Part shown: positions 30,219 through 41,353 of the stretch, one piece after another
Position numbering within the stretch: the first letter of the stretch is position 1
How the letters are laid out: each line of letters begins with the position of its first letter
Assembly: GCA_963693055.1 (NCBI GenBank)
Contig: OY843751.1
Coordinates: 5,216,001 to 5,280,000 of the forward strand
Direction of reading: 5' to 3'
Length of the DNA: 64,000 bases
Source of the DNA: a bacterium
Lineage (GTDB): Bacteria > Zhuqueibacterota > Zhuqueibacteria > Residuimicrobiales > Krinioviventaceae
Made by a program: the position numbers and the translations under genes
The notes under the pieces: generated by a model
What the model was told of the DNA's origin: nothing
Databases searched by the model: none
What the model saw: only the letters and a program-made list of their open reading frames with translations

Positions 30219-31754
30219 ATGCAAGCACAAAGCTCTGAAAATCCGCTGCGCAAAGGCATGAGATTAAAAAGAATGCCCGGCCCCAACACCCTGATCATTC
30301 TGGGGGCCACCGGCGATCTGACCCGCAGAAAACTTGTTCCTTCTTTGTTTAATTTATTTGAACAAGGACTTTTACCCTCAAATTTCAAAATAATTGCATT
30401 TGCCCGTCGTCCCAAAAGCACCCAGGAATTTGTTAAGGATATGGAAGACGGATTGATAAAATACGCCAAGGTCAATATAGGAAAAAACAAAAATGTTTCC
30501 AAATTTCTTTCCTTGATCCAGTATCATATGGGAGATTTTACACAAATAGAGCCGTATTCTGCATTAAAAACCGTTCTTCAGGACCATGAAAAAGAAAACA
30601 ATCTGGTCCCAAACCGCCTGTTTTACCTGGCTACACCTCCGTCGCAATATGAAGCCATTATTGAACAAATTGGTAAAACAGATCTGGCGCAAAATGATAA
30701 AGGTTGGACCCGCATTATCATCGAAAAACCCTTTGGCCAGGACCTCAACAGCGCTCTGGAGCTGGACAAGGTCATCAGCAAGGTATTTACAGAAGATCAG
30801 ATTTATCGAATTGACCATTACCTGGGAAAAGAAACCGTACAGAACATTTTAGTGTTTCGTTTTGCCAATGGTATCTTTGAACCCATCTGGAACCGTCGCT
30901 ACATTGACCATGTACAGATCACGGTAGCAGAAAGTATTGGTGTTGAAGGTCGTGGACGTTTCTTTGAAGAAACCGGCATTATGCGTGACATTGTACAAAA
31001 CCACATGCTGCAGCTGTTCAGCCTGTTTGCGATGGAGCCCCCCTCAGCTTTTGACGCAAATGCAGTACGCGATGAAAAAGTCAAAGTACTCAAAGCTGTC
31101 AAAGAACTCTCAACAACCTCAATAAAACAAAATGTGGTTAGAGGACAATATGCTTCAGGATCGATGCTGGGTGAAACCGTTGCCGGATATCTTGAAGAAG
31201 AGGGTGTTCCCGATACGTCAAAAACCGAGACCTATGTTGCCATGAAACTCTTTATCGATAACTGGCGCTGGGCAAACGTACCGTTCTATCTTCGTGCAGG
31301 GAAACGCATGCCCAAACGTGTAACCGAGATAGCTATTTACTTTAAAGAAGCTCCTTTACAGCTCTTTGGAGACCGCCCCGAAGGTGAGATTCCTCCCAAT
31401 GTGCTGACGCTTAAAATCCAACCAGATGAAGGCATTACACTCAAATTTGACTCTAAAATACCGGGCCCCGGTGAAACCATTAGACCGGTAACCATGGATT
31501 TCCGCTATGGCATCAGTTTTGGAGATGCTCCTCCCGATGCTTATGAACGATTACTGCTCGATGCCATGATTGGTGACTCGACACTATTCACCCGTTCAGA
31601 CGAAAATAAAAAAGCATGGGAACTGGTAACGCCTATTCTCGAATACTGGCAAAACAGCAACACTCCTGTTCCGCAATATACTGCCGGAACCTGGGGCCCA
31701 CATGAAGCAGATAACCTCTTGAGCCGGGATAAAAGGAACTGGAGACGGTTATGA
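30219..31754 (+). CDS. zwf: Glucose-6-phosphate 1-dehydrogenase
   Basis: GATGDL, IEKPFG, RIDHYLGKE, DIVQNH, WANVPFYLRAGK. Confidence 0.96.
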   Translation: MQAQSSENPLRKGMRLKRMPGPNTLIILGATGDLTRRKLVPSLFNLFEQGLLPSNFKIIAFARRPKSTQEFVKDMEDGLIKYAKVNIGKNKNVSKFLSLIQYHMGDFTQIEPYSALKTVLQDHEKENNLVPNRLFYLATPPSQYEAIIEQIGKTDLAQNDKGWTRIIIEKPFGQDLNSALELDKVISKVFTEDQIYRIDHYLGKETVQNILVFRFANGIFEPIWNRRYIDHVQITVAESIGVEGRGRFFEETGIMRDIVQNHMLQLFSLFAMEPPSAFDANAVRDEKVKVLKAVKELSTTSIKQNVVRGQYASGSMLGETVAGYLEEEGVPDTSKTETYVAMKLFIDNWRWANVPFYLRAGKRMPKRVTEIAIYFKEAPLQLFGDRPEGEIPPNVLTLKIQPDEGITLKFDSKIPGPGETIRPVTMDFRYGISFGDAPPDAYERLLLDAMIGDSTLFTRSDENKKAWELVTPILEYWQNSNTPVPQYTAGTWGPHEADNLLSRDKRNWRRL

Positions 31755-32851
31755 AAGTAAAGAATATTGGAATTGAAACAGAACTGGATAAAATAGAATC
31801 AAATTTTAAGCAGATTTGGGAACAAACGCTGACAGATGACAGCAACGGGCCAACCGTCAAAGCAAGCAGTCTGAACCTGATCATTACCTGTCATAATCGT
31901 AATAATTTTGAAAATATTATGGAAACCATTCCGGATATTACCGAGCACCACCCCGGCAGAATCATTACTGTATTCATTGATACGGAACGCAAGGATGAAA
32001 AGATTACATCTTTGATTTCAGCATTTTGTCATCCACCACGGGAAGATGGTATTCAGATATGCTGCGAACTGATCTCGCTTGAAACCGGTCCCGAGGGAGA
32101 AAAACATCTTCCCGGCACACTTTTGCCGTTACTATTGCCAGATCTGCCCGTATATTTATGGAGTGCCGATAACAGGGTGCTGAATCACCCAAATCTTGGA
32201 CCATTTCAAAAAAATATAGAACGGACAATTCTCAACAGTCCGGCAACCTTTACAACTATAAAAGATTTTACACTGTTCCTGCGGCATACTTTATTTGCAG
32301 CAGATGTAAGCAAAATCAGTGATCTGCAATGGGCCCGTCTCACAAACTGGCGCGAAACTATTGCAAGGCTGTTTGACGGTCAGAGTACCGCTAAATTATC
32401 TCAAATTCGCCAGGTCAGGATCCTCTACTCTGGTAAAGATTTTTCAAGTACGGCTTTCTTTTTAGCGGGGTGGTTATCATCACGACTCGGCTGGCAGTTG
32501 CAGGGAAAAAACCAAACAGGTTTAGTGTTTAGCACCAAAGATAAAACTATTGAACTTTTATTAAATAACCAAAATTCTGAAATACCAGTAGGTGATATTA
32601 TATCTGTCGAGATTGAAACTGACACAGAAAAATGGATAATTAAAGCGCTTAAAAACGGAATAATGGTAGAATATTTACAAAACAATATCTCTATCAACAA
32701 AGAAAAATGGGTTATGGAAAACCCTTCAACCTCCTGGCTTATAGGCAATGAACTGGATTTTGTAAGAGCGGATGATATCTATCTGGATGCAGTTAAAATA
32801 CTGTTAAAACTTTTGGATACGGAACAAAGGAACAAACATGAAATCTATTAA
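31751..32851 (+). CDS. opcA: G6PD assembly/allosteric protein OpcA
   Basis: Directly after zwf; HPGRII, ICCELI, PLLLPDLPVYLW, DLQWARLTNWR. Confidence 0.85.
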   Translation: MKVKNIGIETELDKIESNFKQIWEQTLTDDSNGPTVKASSLNLIITCHNRNNFENIMETIPDITEHHPGRIITVFIDTERKDEKITSLISAFCHPPREDGIQICCELISLETGPEGEKHLPGTLLPLLLPDLPVYLWSADNRVLNHPNLGPFQKNIERTILNSPATFTTIKDFTLFLRHTLFAADVSKISDLQWARLTNWRETIARLFDGQSTAKLSQIRQVRILYSGKDFSSTAFFLAGWLSSRLGWQLQGKNQTGLVFSTKDKTIELLLNNQNSEIPVGDIISVEIETDTEKWIIKALKNGIMVEYLQNNISINKEKWVMENPSTSWLIGNELDFVRADDIYLDAVKILLKLLDTEQRNKHEIY

Positions 32852-33572
32852 AACGGAAATCTATAACGACAAAGATGAACTGGGTTATGAATCTGCAAGA
32901 CTGTTTGCGGAGCTGGCTACCCGATATATTATTCAATTCGAAACCTTTAATGTTGCTTTGTCCGGAGGGTCAACTCCCAGGTTATTATTTCAGAACCTGT
33001 TAAAATATTATAAAAATTCTTTGGATTGGAATAAAATAAACTTTTTTTGGAGTGATGAAAGAGTTGTCCCCATTGACGATAGTGAAAGTAATGCGGGTAT
33101 GGCATTCACAGAGCTTTTTGATCCCCTGGAACAAGAGGAACTCAACATCTATCCTGTAGATACCTCGCTATCTCCTTCAGAAGAAGCTGCTGAAGCATAT
33201 GAACGCCTCATTTTAAGTATCCATCCGCCGCTTCAACCGGTTCCCCGGTTTGACCTCATCCTGCTCGGATTGGGTGATGATGGCCATACAGCATCTTTAT
33301 TTCCTGAGACTGAAGCATTACACGAAAACAGCAAGCTGATAGCTGCCAACTGGGTACCCAAATTTGAAAAATGGCGCATAACCTTTACCTTTCCATTGAT
33401 AAATTCAGCAAAAAACGTTATTTTCCTTGTATCCGGTGCTAACAAGGCTGAAATTGTGCGGGACATTTTTAACAATTCTAAGGAATACCCCGCGGCCCAG
33501 GTATCCCCTGTTGATGGGGTATTGACCTGGCTTTTAGATAAAGATGCTGGAAAATATTTAGAAAACCAATGA
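32838..33572 (+). CDS. pgl: 6-phosphogluconolactonase
   Basis: ALSGGSTP, FWSDER.VP, SN, LLGLGDDGHTASLFP, RITFT. Confidence 0.95.
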   Translation: MKSIKTEIYNDKDELGYESARLFAELATRYIIQFETFNVALSGGSTPRLLFQNLLKYYKNSLDWNKINFFWSDERVVPIDDSESNAGMAFTELFDPLEQEELNIYPVDTSLSPSEEAAEAYERLILSIHPPLQPVPRFDLILLGLGDDGHTASLFPETEALHENSKLIAANWVPKFEKWRITFTFPLINSAKNVIFLVSGANKAEIVRDIFNNSKEYPAAQVSPVDGVLTWLLDKDAGKYLENQ

Positions 33573-33587
33573 CAACAAGGCGAACCC

Positions 33588-34505
33588 ATGTCCCAAATCA
33601 CTCAAGATCTTATACATGTAGCAGATGAAATCGTCGCAACATATGACAAATTCGGAGGCATCAACAAACTGGATGGAGCCAACTTGCCAACTTTGCAGCA
33701 TGTTGTTGAAATTCTGGATGACTTTATGCAGATCCTGTTTCCCGGTTTTTTTGGTAAACGTATGCCGGCACGAGCAAATATTTCTTTTTTTGTGCAAAGT
33801 GCGATAGATACTTTATATCTGCGTTGTACCGATGAGATTTGCCGGGCTTGCGAATTCGCCCGCAAAAAAGAACAAATGAGCCCCTTTTGCCAAGACTGTT
33901 CAGAGCAAGCAGCGCTTGATTTGATTAAAAGGATCCCGGAAATCCGTACACGTTTAAAGATGGACATTCGGGCCGGTCTTGATGGCGATCCCGCTGCACA
34001 GTCTACCGAAGAGGTTATTTTATGCTATCCCTTTGTTTACGCAATAGCAACCCATCGTATTGCGCATGAATTGTACAAAATGGCGGTGCCCCTCATCCCC
34101 AGAATGATGTCTGAATGGGCACACCGTCGAACAAGTATAGATATTCATCCGGGTGCGTCAATCGGCAACCGTTTTTTTATCGATCATGGAACAGGTGTGG
34201 TTATTGGTGAAACCACAGAAATTGGTGATGACGTTAAAATCTATCAGGGGGTAACCCTGGGTGCGTTAAGCATTAAAAAAAATCAGGATGGTACCGCAGT
34301 CAAGGGCGGCAAACGTCACCCCACCATTGAAGACCGGGTAACTATCTATTCAGGAGCTACTATACTCGGTGGAGAAACAGTTATCGGGCACGATTCTACC
34401 ATAGGCGCCAATACCTGGATCACAGCACCCGTGGCACCTAATTCTCTGGTAACATTTCAGGACAAGCAAAACACGCAAACAAGACCCAAACCTAAAAGTC
34501 GTTAA
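33588..34505 (+). CDS. cysE: Serine O-acetyltransferase (CysE/EpsC type)
   Basis: [40 protein letters not shown]. Confidence 0.88.
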   Translation: MSQITQDLIHVADEIVATYDKFGGINKLDGANLPTLQHVVEILDDFMQILFPGFFGKRMPARANISFFVQSAIDTLYLRCTDEICRACEFARKKEQMSPFCQDCSEQAALDLIKRIPEIRTRLKMDIRAGLDGDPAAQSTEEVILCYPFVYAIATHRIAHELYKMAVPLIPRMMSEWAHRRTSIDIHPGASIGNRFFIDHGTGVVIGETTEIGDDVKIYQGVTLGALSIKKNQDGTAVKGGKRHPTIEDRVTIYSGATILGGETVIGHDSTIGANTWITAPVAPNSLVTFQDKQNTQTRPKPKSR

Positions 34506-34524
34506 CCAAACAAACGAGGTAACG

Positions 34525-35613
34525 ATGGCTATTTTGTTTAACAAAGCCTTTTCCAAACATGAACTCCTTCACCGTGTTGGAGACATGTCTCAAATTGCAG
34601 GAGTACATCCTGTAGAATTTACCGAAGGCAAAGAACGTGGTATTCGGGCATTACGCTTTTATACTGGCAGCGGTTTCCAATTTACGGTATTGATTGACCG
34701 CGCTATGGATATTTTCGACGCATCTTTTAACGGTGCCTCTATCTGCTGGCACTCTTCCGCAGGCCCCACCGGACCAGAATATTATGATCCCCGCGAAAAG
34801 AACTGGCTATGGTCTTTTGCCGGTGGCTTATTGACCACCTGTGGTTTACAAAATGCCGGCGACCCCGCAGACGAAGACAACCAGCATTACGGATTGCACG
34901 GCAGAATTGCAAACACACCTGCAAAATCAGTATCCTGGGGAACAGATTGGGAGCAAAATGACTATGTGCTTTGGGCCGCGGGTACGGTTCGCGAGTCCCG
35001 GCTTTTTGGCCCCAATCTGGTGCTCAAACGCAGTATTCATGCAAAGCTGGGTCAATCCAAAATTTGGATACAGGACGAGATTGAAAACCAGGGCTATGAA
35101 GAATCTGAACTCATGCTGGTTTATCATTACAATATGGGTTTTCCCGTAGTCGATACAGGTTCTGAACTGTTGGCGGTAATAGAAGACCTGGAACCATTTA
35201 ATAAAAATGCCCAAAACGGCATAGACACTTTTGATGTATATGAAGAACCCATTGCTGGGATTAGTGAACAATGCTTTAGCATTGAACAGGATGTAGATGA
35301 AAATGGCATTGTAAACGTTGCTATTGTAAACCGTCAGTTCAACAACAACCAGGGAATTGGCGTCTATCTTGCCTACCCCAAGGCAGAACTGCCACGTTAC
35401 ACACAATGGAAAATGATGGGACAAGGCAATTATGTAGTGGGCATGGAACCGGGAACCTGTCTTCCCGAAGGCCGGAAAACCGCCCGCAAACGGGGCGATC
35501 TGATCAATCTTTTGCCCGGTGGCAAAATCATCACCCACATGGAAATCGGGGTGCTGGAATCGAACAATGATATTCGTTCATTTGAATCCAAACTAAGAGG
35601 AATGGACCTTTAA
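34525..35613 (+). CDS. Aldose 1-epimerase-family protein (DUF4432-like)
   Basis: DRAMDI, GLLTTCGL, LHGRI, YHYNMG, VGMEPGT. Confidence 0.82.
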   Translation: MAILFNKAFSKHELLHRVGDMSQIAGVHPVEFTEGKERGIRALRFYTGSGFQFTVLIDRAMDIFDASFNGASICWHSSAGPTGPEYYDPREKNWLWSFAGGLLTTCGLQNAGDPADEDNQHYGLHGRIANTPAKSVSWGTDWEQNDYVLWAAGTVRESRLFGPNLVLKRSIHAKLGQSKIWIQDEIENQGYEESELMLVYHYNMGFPVVDTGSELLAVIEDLEPFNKNAQNGIDTFDVYEEPIAGISEQCFSIEQDVDENGIVNVAIVNRQFNNNQGIGVYLAYPKAELPRYTQWKMMGQGNYVVGMEPGTCLPEGRKTARKRGDLINLLPGGKIITHMEIGVLESNNDIRSFESKLRGMDL

Positions 35614-36537
35614 ATGTTACAGGTAAATGATCTTGTAAAAAAATTCAATGGCAAAACCGCTGTTGATCATGTATCTTTTCATGTCAATCGGGGTGAAATC
35701 TTTGGATTCCTGGGCCCCAATGGCGCAGGCAAAACTACCACAATTAACATGATCTGCTCTTTACTTAAACCCGATCAGGGCACCATCCTTTTAGACGGAC
35801 ATGATTTGTACAACAGTAAAAAAGCCCGTTCAAAAATGGGTGTGGTACCGCAAGACATTGCCCTTTATGAAGACCTCTCTGCCAGAGACAATCTTGCATT
35901 TTGGGGAAAACTGTATGGCATGAAAGGGATTTCTCTAAATGCCAGAATACAGGAACTGCTTGACTTTTTCGAACTTGCTGAACGGTCAAAAGAAAAGATC
36001 AAAAACTTTTCCGGAGGAATGAAACGCAGGCTCAACCTGGCAGCGGGTATTATCCATCGTCCGGAATTACTGCTGCTTGACGAACCCACCGTAGGTATCG
36101 ATCCACAAGCCAGAAAGCATATCCTGGAAGCAGTAAAAAGCATTGCCGAGTCCGGAACGACTATTATCTATACAACACACTATCTCGACGAAGCAGAAAA
36201 ACTCTGTGACAGTCTCGCAATTATCGATCATGGTAAAATGCTAACCACCGGTACGCTTGAAGATATTGTAAAAATTGTCGGTGAAAACCGTTTATTAAAA
36301 ATCAATGGCACCTTTTCAGCCGAAATTGCAGAATCATTAACAGACAAGGTTGAAGCCTTGTCAATAATATCGGTAACAGATAACCAGGTACTCTATAGCC
36401 TGCCATCAAAATACGGGACCGGGCAATTTATTGAAATGCTTACAAGTACCGGAATTCAAATAGAAAACCTCTCTATCAAAGAGCCAAGCCTTGATTCTGT
36501 ATTTATCAAATTAACCGGCAGGGAGTTGAGAGATTGA
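35614..36537 (+). CDS. ABC-2 type exporter ATP-binding subunit
   Basis: GPNGAGKTT, FSGGMKRR, LLLDEPT, TTHY. Confidence 0.95.
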   Translation: MLQVNDLVKKFNGKTAVDHVSFHVNRGEIFGFLGPNGAGKTTTINMICSLLKPDQGTILLDGHDLYNSKKARSKMGVVPQDIALYEDLSARDNLAFWGKLYGMKGISLNARIQELLDFFELAERSKEKIKNFSGGMKRRLNLAAGIIHRPELLLLDEPTVGIDPQARKHILEAVKSIAESGTTIIYTTHYLDEAEKLCDSLAIIDHGKMLTTGTLEDIVKIVGENRLLKINGTFSAEIAESLTDKVEALSIISVTDNQVLYSLPSKYGTGQFIEMLTSTGIQIENLSIKEPSLDSVFIKLTGRELRD

Positions 36538-37781
36538 TTAGCGCATTAATCATCAAAGATTTGAAACGCAAGATTGGTAATCCTGTTGGGTTCTTGTTAC
36601 TTATGGCCATCCCGCTGGTGTTTACCTTTATTATGGGTGCCGTGTTCTCAACTTCGGATGAAACGGCTACACTACCCAAAATTGACCTGCTGATAGAAGA
36701 CCATGACGACAGCTTTATTTCTCAATTATTTACCGGTTCCTTTCAACATGGTGAACTGGCTAACATGTTTGCACCTAAATTTATCGGTCAGGATTCCGGT
36801 AAAATATTAATGGATGCGGGCAAAGCATCCGCACTCTTGATCATACCGGAAGGATTTCAGGATTCATTATCCAATAATAAAAGCTGTACAGTCAAACTGA
36901 TAAAAAATCCTTCTCAGGCATTTTTACCTAAAATAGTCTATGAAACCACCAGTATTCTTTGCGAAGGCACTGACAGACTCTTTCGTTTTGCTGGCCCTGA
37001 ATTTAACACCATCCAATCCATGCTGGATGCAGATCACTGGCCGGAATTGTCTGAATTGTCTGATCTTTATTTGAAATTCAAAGATACCATAGAAAAAATT
37101 GATGATTACCTATTCCCATTATTAATTAAGCTGGACAAGGAAACTGTTAATGCCCCCGAAACCGAAGAAAAAGAAGCGGGTAACGCGTTGTTTGCCTATA
37201 TATTAACAGGTATTGCGGTAATGGGTATATTCTTTGTTCTGGAAGCCCTGGGACGTGATTTCTTTCGTGAACGGGAACAATACACCCTGTTCAGAATCGC
37301 ATCAAGTCCTGTGGGCATGCACCGTTATTTGCTATCCAAGCTTTTATTCCTGTTCATATCGGGATGTATTGCTTATTTCATTGTATGGATCATTGGTGTT
37401 CTCTTGTTTGGGATCCGCATATCATTATCAGACCTGCCGGGATTTATCATTATATCAATTCTCCTGTTGGCATCTCTGTCTGGGGTAGTTGCGTTTTTGT
37501 TTTCAATAGCAAAATCCCGTGCTGCCGGTTCCCAAATCAATCCGGCGGTTATTATCTTTTTCAGCATGCTGGGTGGTGGCATGGTTCCCTTGCGTGCATT
37601 ACCCGACTTTATTCAAAGGATTGCTGTAATATCACCGGTATATTGGGGTGTAGAGGGATTACAAAAAATCATACTCGACCATCAATCTTTTAGTCATTTT
37701 CAACTCAATATCTGGATTTTGCTGGGTTTAACAATACTTTTTAATTCAATTGCATTCATTGGCTTTAACAAAAAGTTCTGA
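36534..37781 (+). CDS. ABC-2 type exporter permease
   Basis: N-terminal TM, large external loop, RERE, five C-terminal TMs, LGGGMVPL. Confidence 0.88.
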   Translation: MISALIIKDLKRKIGNPVGFLLLMAIPLVFTFIMGAVFSTSDETATLPKIDLLIEDHDDSFISQLFTGSFQHGELANMFAPKFIGQDSGKILMDAGKASALLIIPEGFQDSLSNNKSCTVKLIKNPSQAFLPKIVYETTSILCEGTDRLFRFAGPEFNTIQSMLDADHWPELSELSDLYLKFKDTIEKIDDYLFPLLIKLDKETVNAPETEEKEAGNALFAYILTGIAVMGIFFVLEALGRDFFREREQYTLFRIASSPVGMHRYLLSKLLFLFISGCIAYFIVWIIGVLLFGIRISLSDLPGFIIISILLLASLSGVVAFLFSIAKSRAAGSQINPAVIIFFSMLGGGMVPLRALPDFIQRIAVISPVYWGVEGLQKIILDHQSFSHFQLNIWILLGLTILFNSIAFIGFNKKF

Positions 37782-37783
37782 TT

Positions 37784-38929
37784 ATGAGAATTATATTCAA
37801 CATCGCAAAACAACATGTAATGCTGCTGTTAAAAGACAAACTGGCTCTCATTTGGATGCTGATTGTTCCCTGTGTTTATATTCTGGTGTTTGGAAGCGCT
37901 TTTAATATGAATTCTGACAGGTCTGGTTATAAAGCATCGCTGGGAATCTATAATCAGGATGCCGGTTTCCTATCAAAGCACCTGTTGCAATCTCTCGAAT
38001 CAGAGAATTTAAAAATTACCATGCTGGAAACCGAACCGATAGAGCCCCCTTCCAGATACCTGATAATTCCCCCCCATTTCACTGACAGTCTTTTGAATAA
38101 AACCAAGGTAAAACTCGCTTTTAAAAACAAACAGGATGCAGATATAGAGGCCAAAGCAGCCGCAGAAATTGCCGTACAAAAAGCATATTTGCGTTTACTG
38201 GCAAACATGAGTGAACTGGCAAAAGATGATAAAGCAATTACCTCAGAAAATATTACGATACTCGAGAACAGAAAACCACTGGTTAACCTTGAGTCATCTC
38301 TAGCAGGTAAACATGTTACTATCCCCACAGGTTTCAACCAGCAGGTGCCCGCCAACATTGTAATGATTACCATGCTGATAGGATTCATTTATGCCTCAAA
38401 CACGCTGGTAGAAGAACGACGAAACGGTATCCTCCGAAAGGTTAAAATCGCACCCATTTCATTCAATCAATTATATCTTGGCAAACTCCTGGGTGTAACC
38501 AGCATTGCTATGCTGCAAATTGTTTTACTATTGGCTATAGGTAGAATAGTGTTTGGGGTCTATTTTGGCAATGATATTCCTGCGCTGATTCTGTTATTGA
38601 TCGGATATGCGGTAACGGTTGGCTCGTTTGGGTTGTGTTTGGGATTCATGGTCAAAGATGAAGAAAAAGTAACTTCAATTTCCGTAATCCTTGCAATTTC
38701 CATGTCAGCAATAAGCGGTTGCTGGTGGCCCATAGAAATTACACCCTCATGGATGCAGCATATGGCAATGTTTCTCCCCCCGGGAATCACCCTAAAGGCT
38801 TTACACGAACTGATCTCATTCGGTAACGGGATCAAAGAAATCTGGCCGTTTATTCTTGGCATTTCAGCTTATGGCACAGTGTTTTCATTACTGGCGGCAC
38901 GTTTTTTATCACGCGTATTTAATGACTAA
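37784..38929 (+). CDS. ABC-2 type exporter permease
   Basis: EERRNG.L, SGCWWPIE; same topology as the preceding permease. Confidence 0.88.
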   Translation: MRIIFNIAKQHVMLLLKDKLALIWMLIVPCVYILVFGSAFNMNSDRSGYKASLGIYNQDAGFLSKHLLQSLESENLKITMLETEPIEPPSRYLIIPPHFTDSLLNKTKVKLAFKNKQDADIEAKAAAEIAVQKAYLRLLANMSELAKDDKAITSENITILENRKPLVNLESSLAGKHVTIPTGFNQQVPANIVMITMLIGFIYASNTLVEERRNGILRKVKIAPISFNQLYLGKLLGVTSIAMLQIVLLLAIGRIVFGVYFGNDIPALILLLIGYAVTVGSFGLCLGFMVKDEEKVTSISVILAISMSAISGCWWPIEITPSWMQHMAMFLPPGITLKALHELISFGNGIKEIWPFILGISAYGTVFSLLAARFLSRVFND

Positions 38930-40401
38930 CGTATAAAATACCCCAGTTTTATACCAATACCCGGCGTAGGAGCCAGAAAAAACATGCTGCTTACCTGGTA
39001 TTGTTTGGCTACAAAAAAAGCAAATTTCATACTTGCGGCTGGTATCCAGTAACTGTCTCTGCTGGTTTCCTCTCCTGCTTTTTCCTGCACCAGATCTGCA
39101 TTCAATCCGCTAAGCGCAAGCTCAAAAATACCCGCAGAGAAAATAAAATTCAAACCATAATTCATATATGCAAAATAGGTTTCATCCAGAAATTCATAGC
39201 CAAATGTATTAAAATATTTACGGAACTCAAGAGTTGTTTCCACTGATCGTCCCTGGTATGATGCCTGCATACCGAGCGAGGAAGGAAAGGTCATCATAAA
39301 ATGGTCGGTGGTTTCATTATCAATGGGTTTTGTCAAAGTCAGTTTTGCCAGATCCAATTGTGTAGCGTCAACCAGATCCTCTTCCTCAGCACCGTCTTCA
39401 TCATCACCAATCAGAGCATCTACATTCAAACCGGGGATCTTGTACTGTTCAATTTCCATATTTCCGGTCATCTCTACATCCGATTGCCAGTCATAATCCA
39501 ATCCAAAAACAAAAGATTTGCCGGCTTTAAACAATGCGCCAAACTGGGCATTCATGGCGGAGCCGTGAAAATCCGCAAACATACTCTGTCCCAATTTGTT
39601 GGTCTCTCCCGCTTCAAAATCAATACGGGGATCGTACGGATCATTAAAAACATATTCGGTACCGGCAGTTTCCATAATACCATCCATTTTTACTTCGTTG
39701 GTAGAATAAGAACGCATGCGTGTCTGCCCGATCTTGAGTCCCAAAGAAACGGATGGATGTACGGTTTGTGCCAAACCAAATTGATATTTTGTAGCACGGA
39801 CTTCCAGTTCTGATTGAATAAGCGCATTCATCCGAATTTTAATGATCTTTTTCTGATCACCCACATCTTTATGGGTTTCAATCAGAGTTTCAAAACCATC
39901 ATTATCCGCTGTTAAATTCATATAAAAAGGCTGACCAATATCAAAACTGAAAACGGTTATATTATTATGGTGTTTTACAGGCAGTACAAATTGAGCGCCA
40001 TATAATCCACCTTTGTGGTTTATTTTTGCACCCAAAGTAGGGTAATCCAACACAGTATCTTCGGTCCTGTAATCTACTATCGCATCGTCAAGTTCATCCG
40101 CAATGGTCTTGTTGATATCTTCATAGCTTGAAGGATCAATCCACAATGGCGGCATTAAATTCATACTCACATAGGTTTGTTTAAATGTAGCCATACTAGC
40201 AGGGTTTGACCAAACATCCCAAACCTGGGGAGATTTATAGCCCATGCCTAAACCATGTCCTGAGATCATCTGCGAATAATAAGAAAACCGGACCTCTGTG
40301 TTTCCTCCGCGTAAAAACGCAATTTGGTTTTCCGGCTCTTCCTGCGATAAACAGGCAACTGTTGATAACAATATTATACTATATATAAAAAACCTTTTCA
40401 T
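38926..40401 (-). CDS. Putative outer-membrane beta-barrel, FadL/PorV-like N-terminus
   Basis: Signal peptide; SGHGLGMG..VWSNPAS resembles the FadL-family hatch motif; amphipathic strands; ends GIGIKLGYFIR. Confidence 0.6.
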   Translation of the reverse strand: MKRFFIYSIILLSTVACLSQEEPENQIAFLRGGNTEVRFSYYSQMISGHGLGMGYKSPQVWDVWSNPASMATFKQTYVSMNLMPPLWIDPSSYEDINKTIADELDDAIVDYRTEDTVLDYPTLGAKINHKGGLYGAQFVLPVKHHNNITVFSFDIGQPFYMNLTADNDGFETLIETHKDVGDQKKIIKIRMNALIQSELEVRATKYQFGLAQTVHPSVSLGLKIGQTRMRSYSTNEVKMDGIMETAGTEYVFNDPYDPRIDFEAGETNKLGQSMFADFHGSAMNAQFGALFKAGKSFVFGLDYDWQSDVEMTGNMEIEQYKIPGLNVDALIGDDEDGAEEEDLVDATQLDLAKLTLTKPIDNETTDHFMMTFPSSLGMQASYQGRSVETTLEFRKYFNTFGYEFLDETYFAYMNYGLNFIFSAGIFELALSGLNADLVQEKAGEETSRDSYWIPAASMKFAFFVAKQYQVSSMFFLAPTPGIGIKLGYFIR

Positions 40402-40417
40402 GCTCAATACCTTGTAA

Positions 40418-41335
40418 TTAATGTGTCAAAGATAATGATATTCTGGGTGTATGTGCAAAATCATTAAAGAGATAAGCAAAATCAAATTGTATGCCCATGG
40501 TACGGGTTGCAACATTCAATCCCATACCTACACTGTAATTCCGATTTTCAACCGCATCCATATTCTGCCACATTCCGCCTCTGCACATGATAACTTTGAA
40601 TAACGTCACTTCAGTACCCAAATGCAGCTTATCATTTACATCGTCATATAACGCTTTTTCCCAGTCAATAGACACGGTAGACTGGGTGTTGATGCGGTGC
40701 GCAATACCCATAATTAAACCCGCCGGAACACTTTCAGAATAACTCGTGCCCAACGTATTATTGTTATATGTCATTGAATTCAAAATGTCTCTGGCAAAAA
40801 TACCAATCCGGGTACGTTTGTGGATTTGCCACATAAAGCCCAAATCCATCCCGGCACCATCGGCACTGCCCTGGATCCGGTTCTCGCCTCCGTCTTCATT
40901 ATTGCCAAAACTGGAATGACGGTAACGTACATTCAAACCAACGCCGGTATTTCCCAGTAAAGGGAGTTTGTATACCGCGGCATAACTGGTAATAAATGTT
41001 GTTTCACGTAATACATCGTTGCCGGAGGTAATAAACCCTGCCGCGACATTGTGAAAACCAAATCGGTGAGAATACGCGCCCAAACCATAGGGTATTAAAC
41101 CATATTGTTTGGTATACATAACGGTCAGTTGGTTATTCCTCATCAGGGTCAAGCCTGCAGGATTCCAGAAAACCGAGTTCACATCATCGCTCATTGCTGT
41201 ATACGCCCCGCCCATACCCATCGGTCTTGCACCATAGCCAATATCTACAAAGGCTGCGGGAATATCTGCCAGCACCAGACTACTGATACCAACTATACAG
41301 ATAAAAATGATCATAAATTTGTTCATATTTTTCAT
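40418..41335 (-). CDS. PorV/PorQ-like (UPF0164) outer-membrane beta-barrel
   Basis: FVDIGYGARPMGMGGAYTAMSDDVNSVFWNPAGL; C-terminal FDFAY..HTPRISLSL. Confidence 0.85.
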   Translation of the reverse strand: MKNMNKFMIIFICIVGISSLVLADIPAAFVDIGYGARPMGMGGAYTAMSDDVNSVFWNPAGLTLMRNNQLTVMYTKQYGLIPYGLGAYSHRFGFHNVAAGFITSGNDVLRETTFITSYAAVYKLPLLGNTGVGLNVRYRHSSFGNNEDGGENRIQGSADGAGMDLGFMWQIHKRTRIGIFARDILNSMTYNNNTLGTSYSESVPAGLIMGIAHRINTQSTVSIDWEKALYDDVNDKLHLGTEVTLFKVIMCRGGMWQNMDAVENRNYSVGMGLNVATRTMGIQFDFAYLFNDFAHTPRISLSLTH

Positions 41336-41353
41336 ACCGTTATCTCGTTTATT

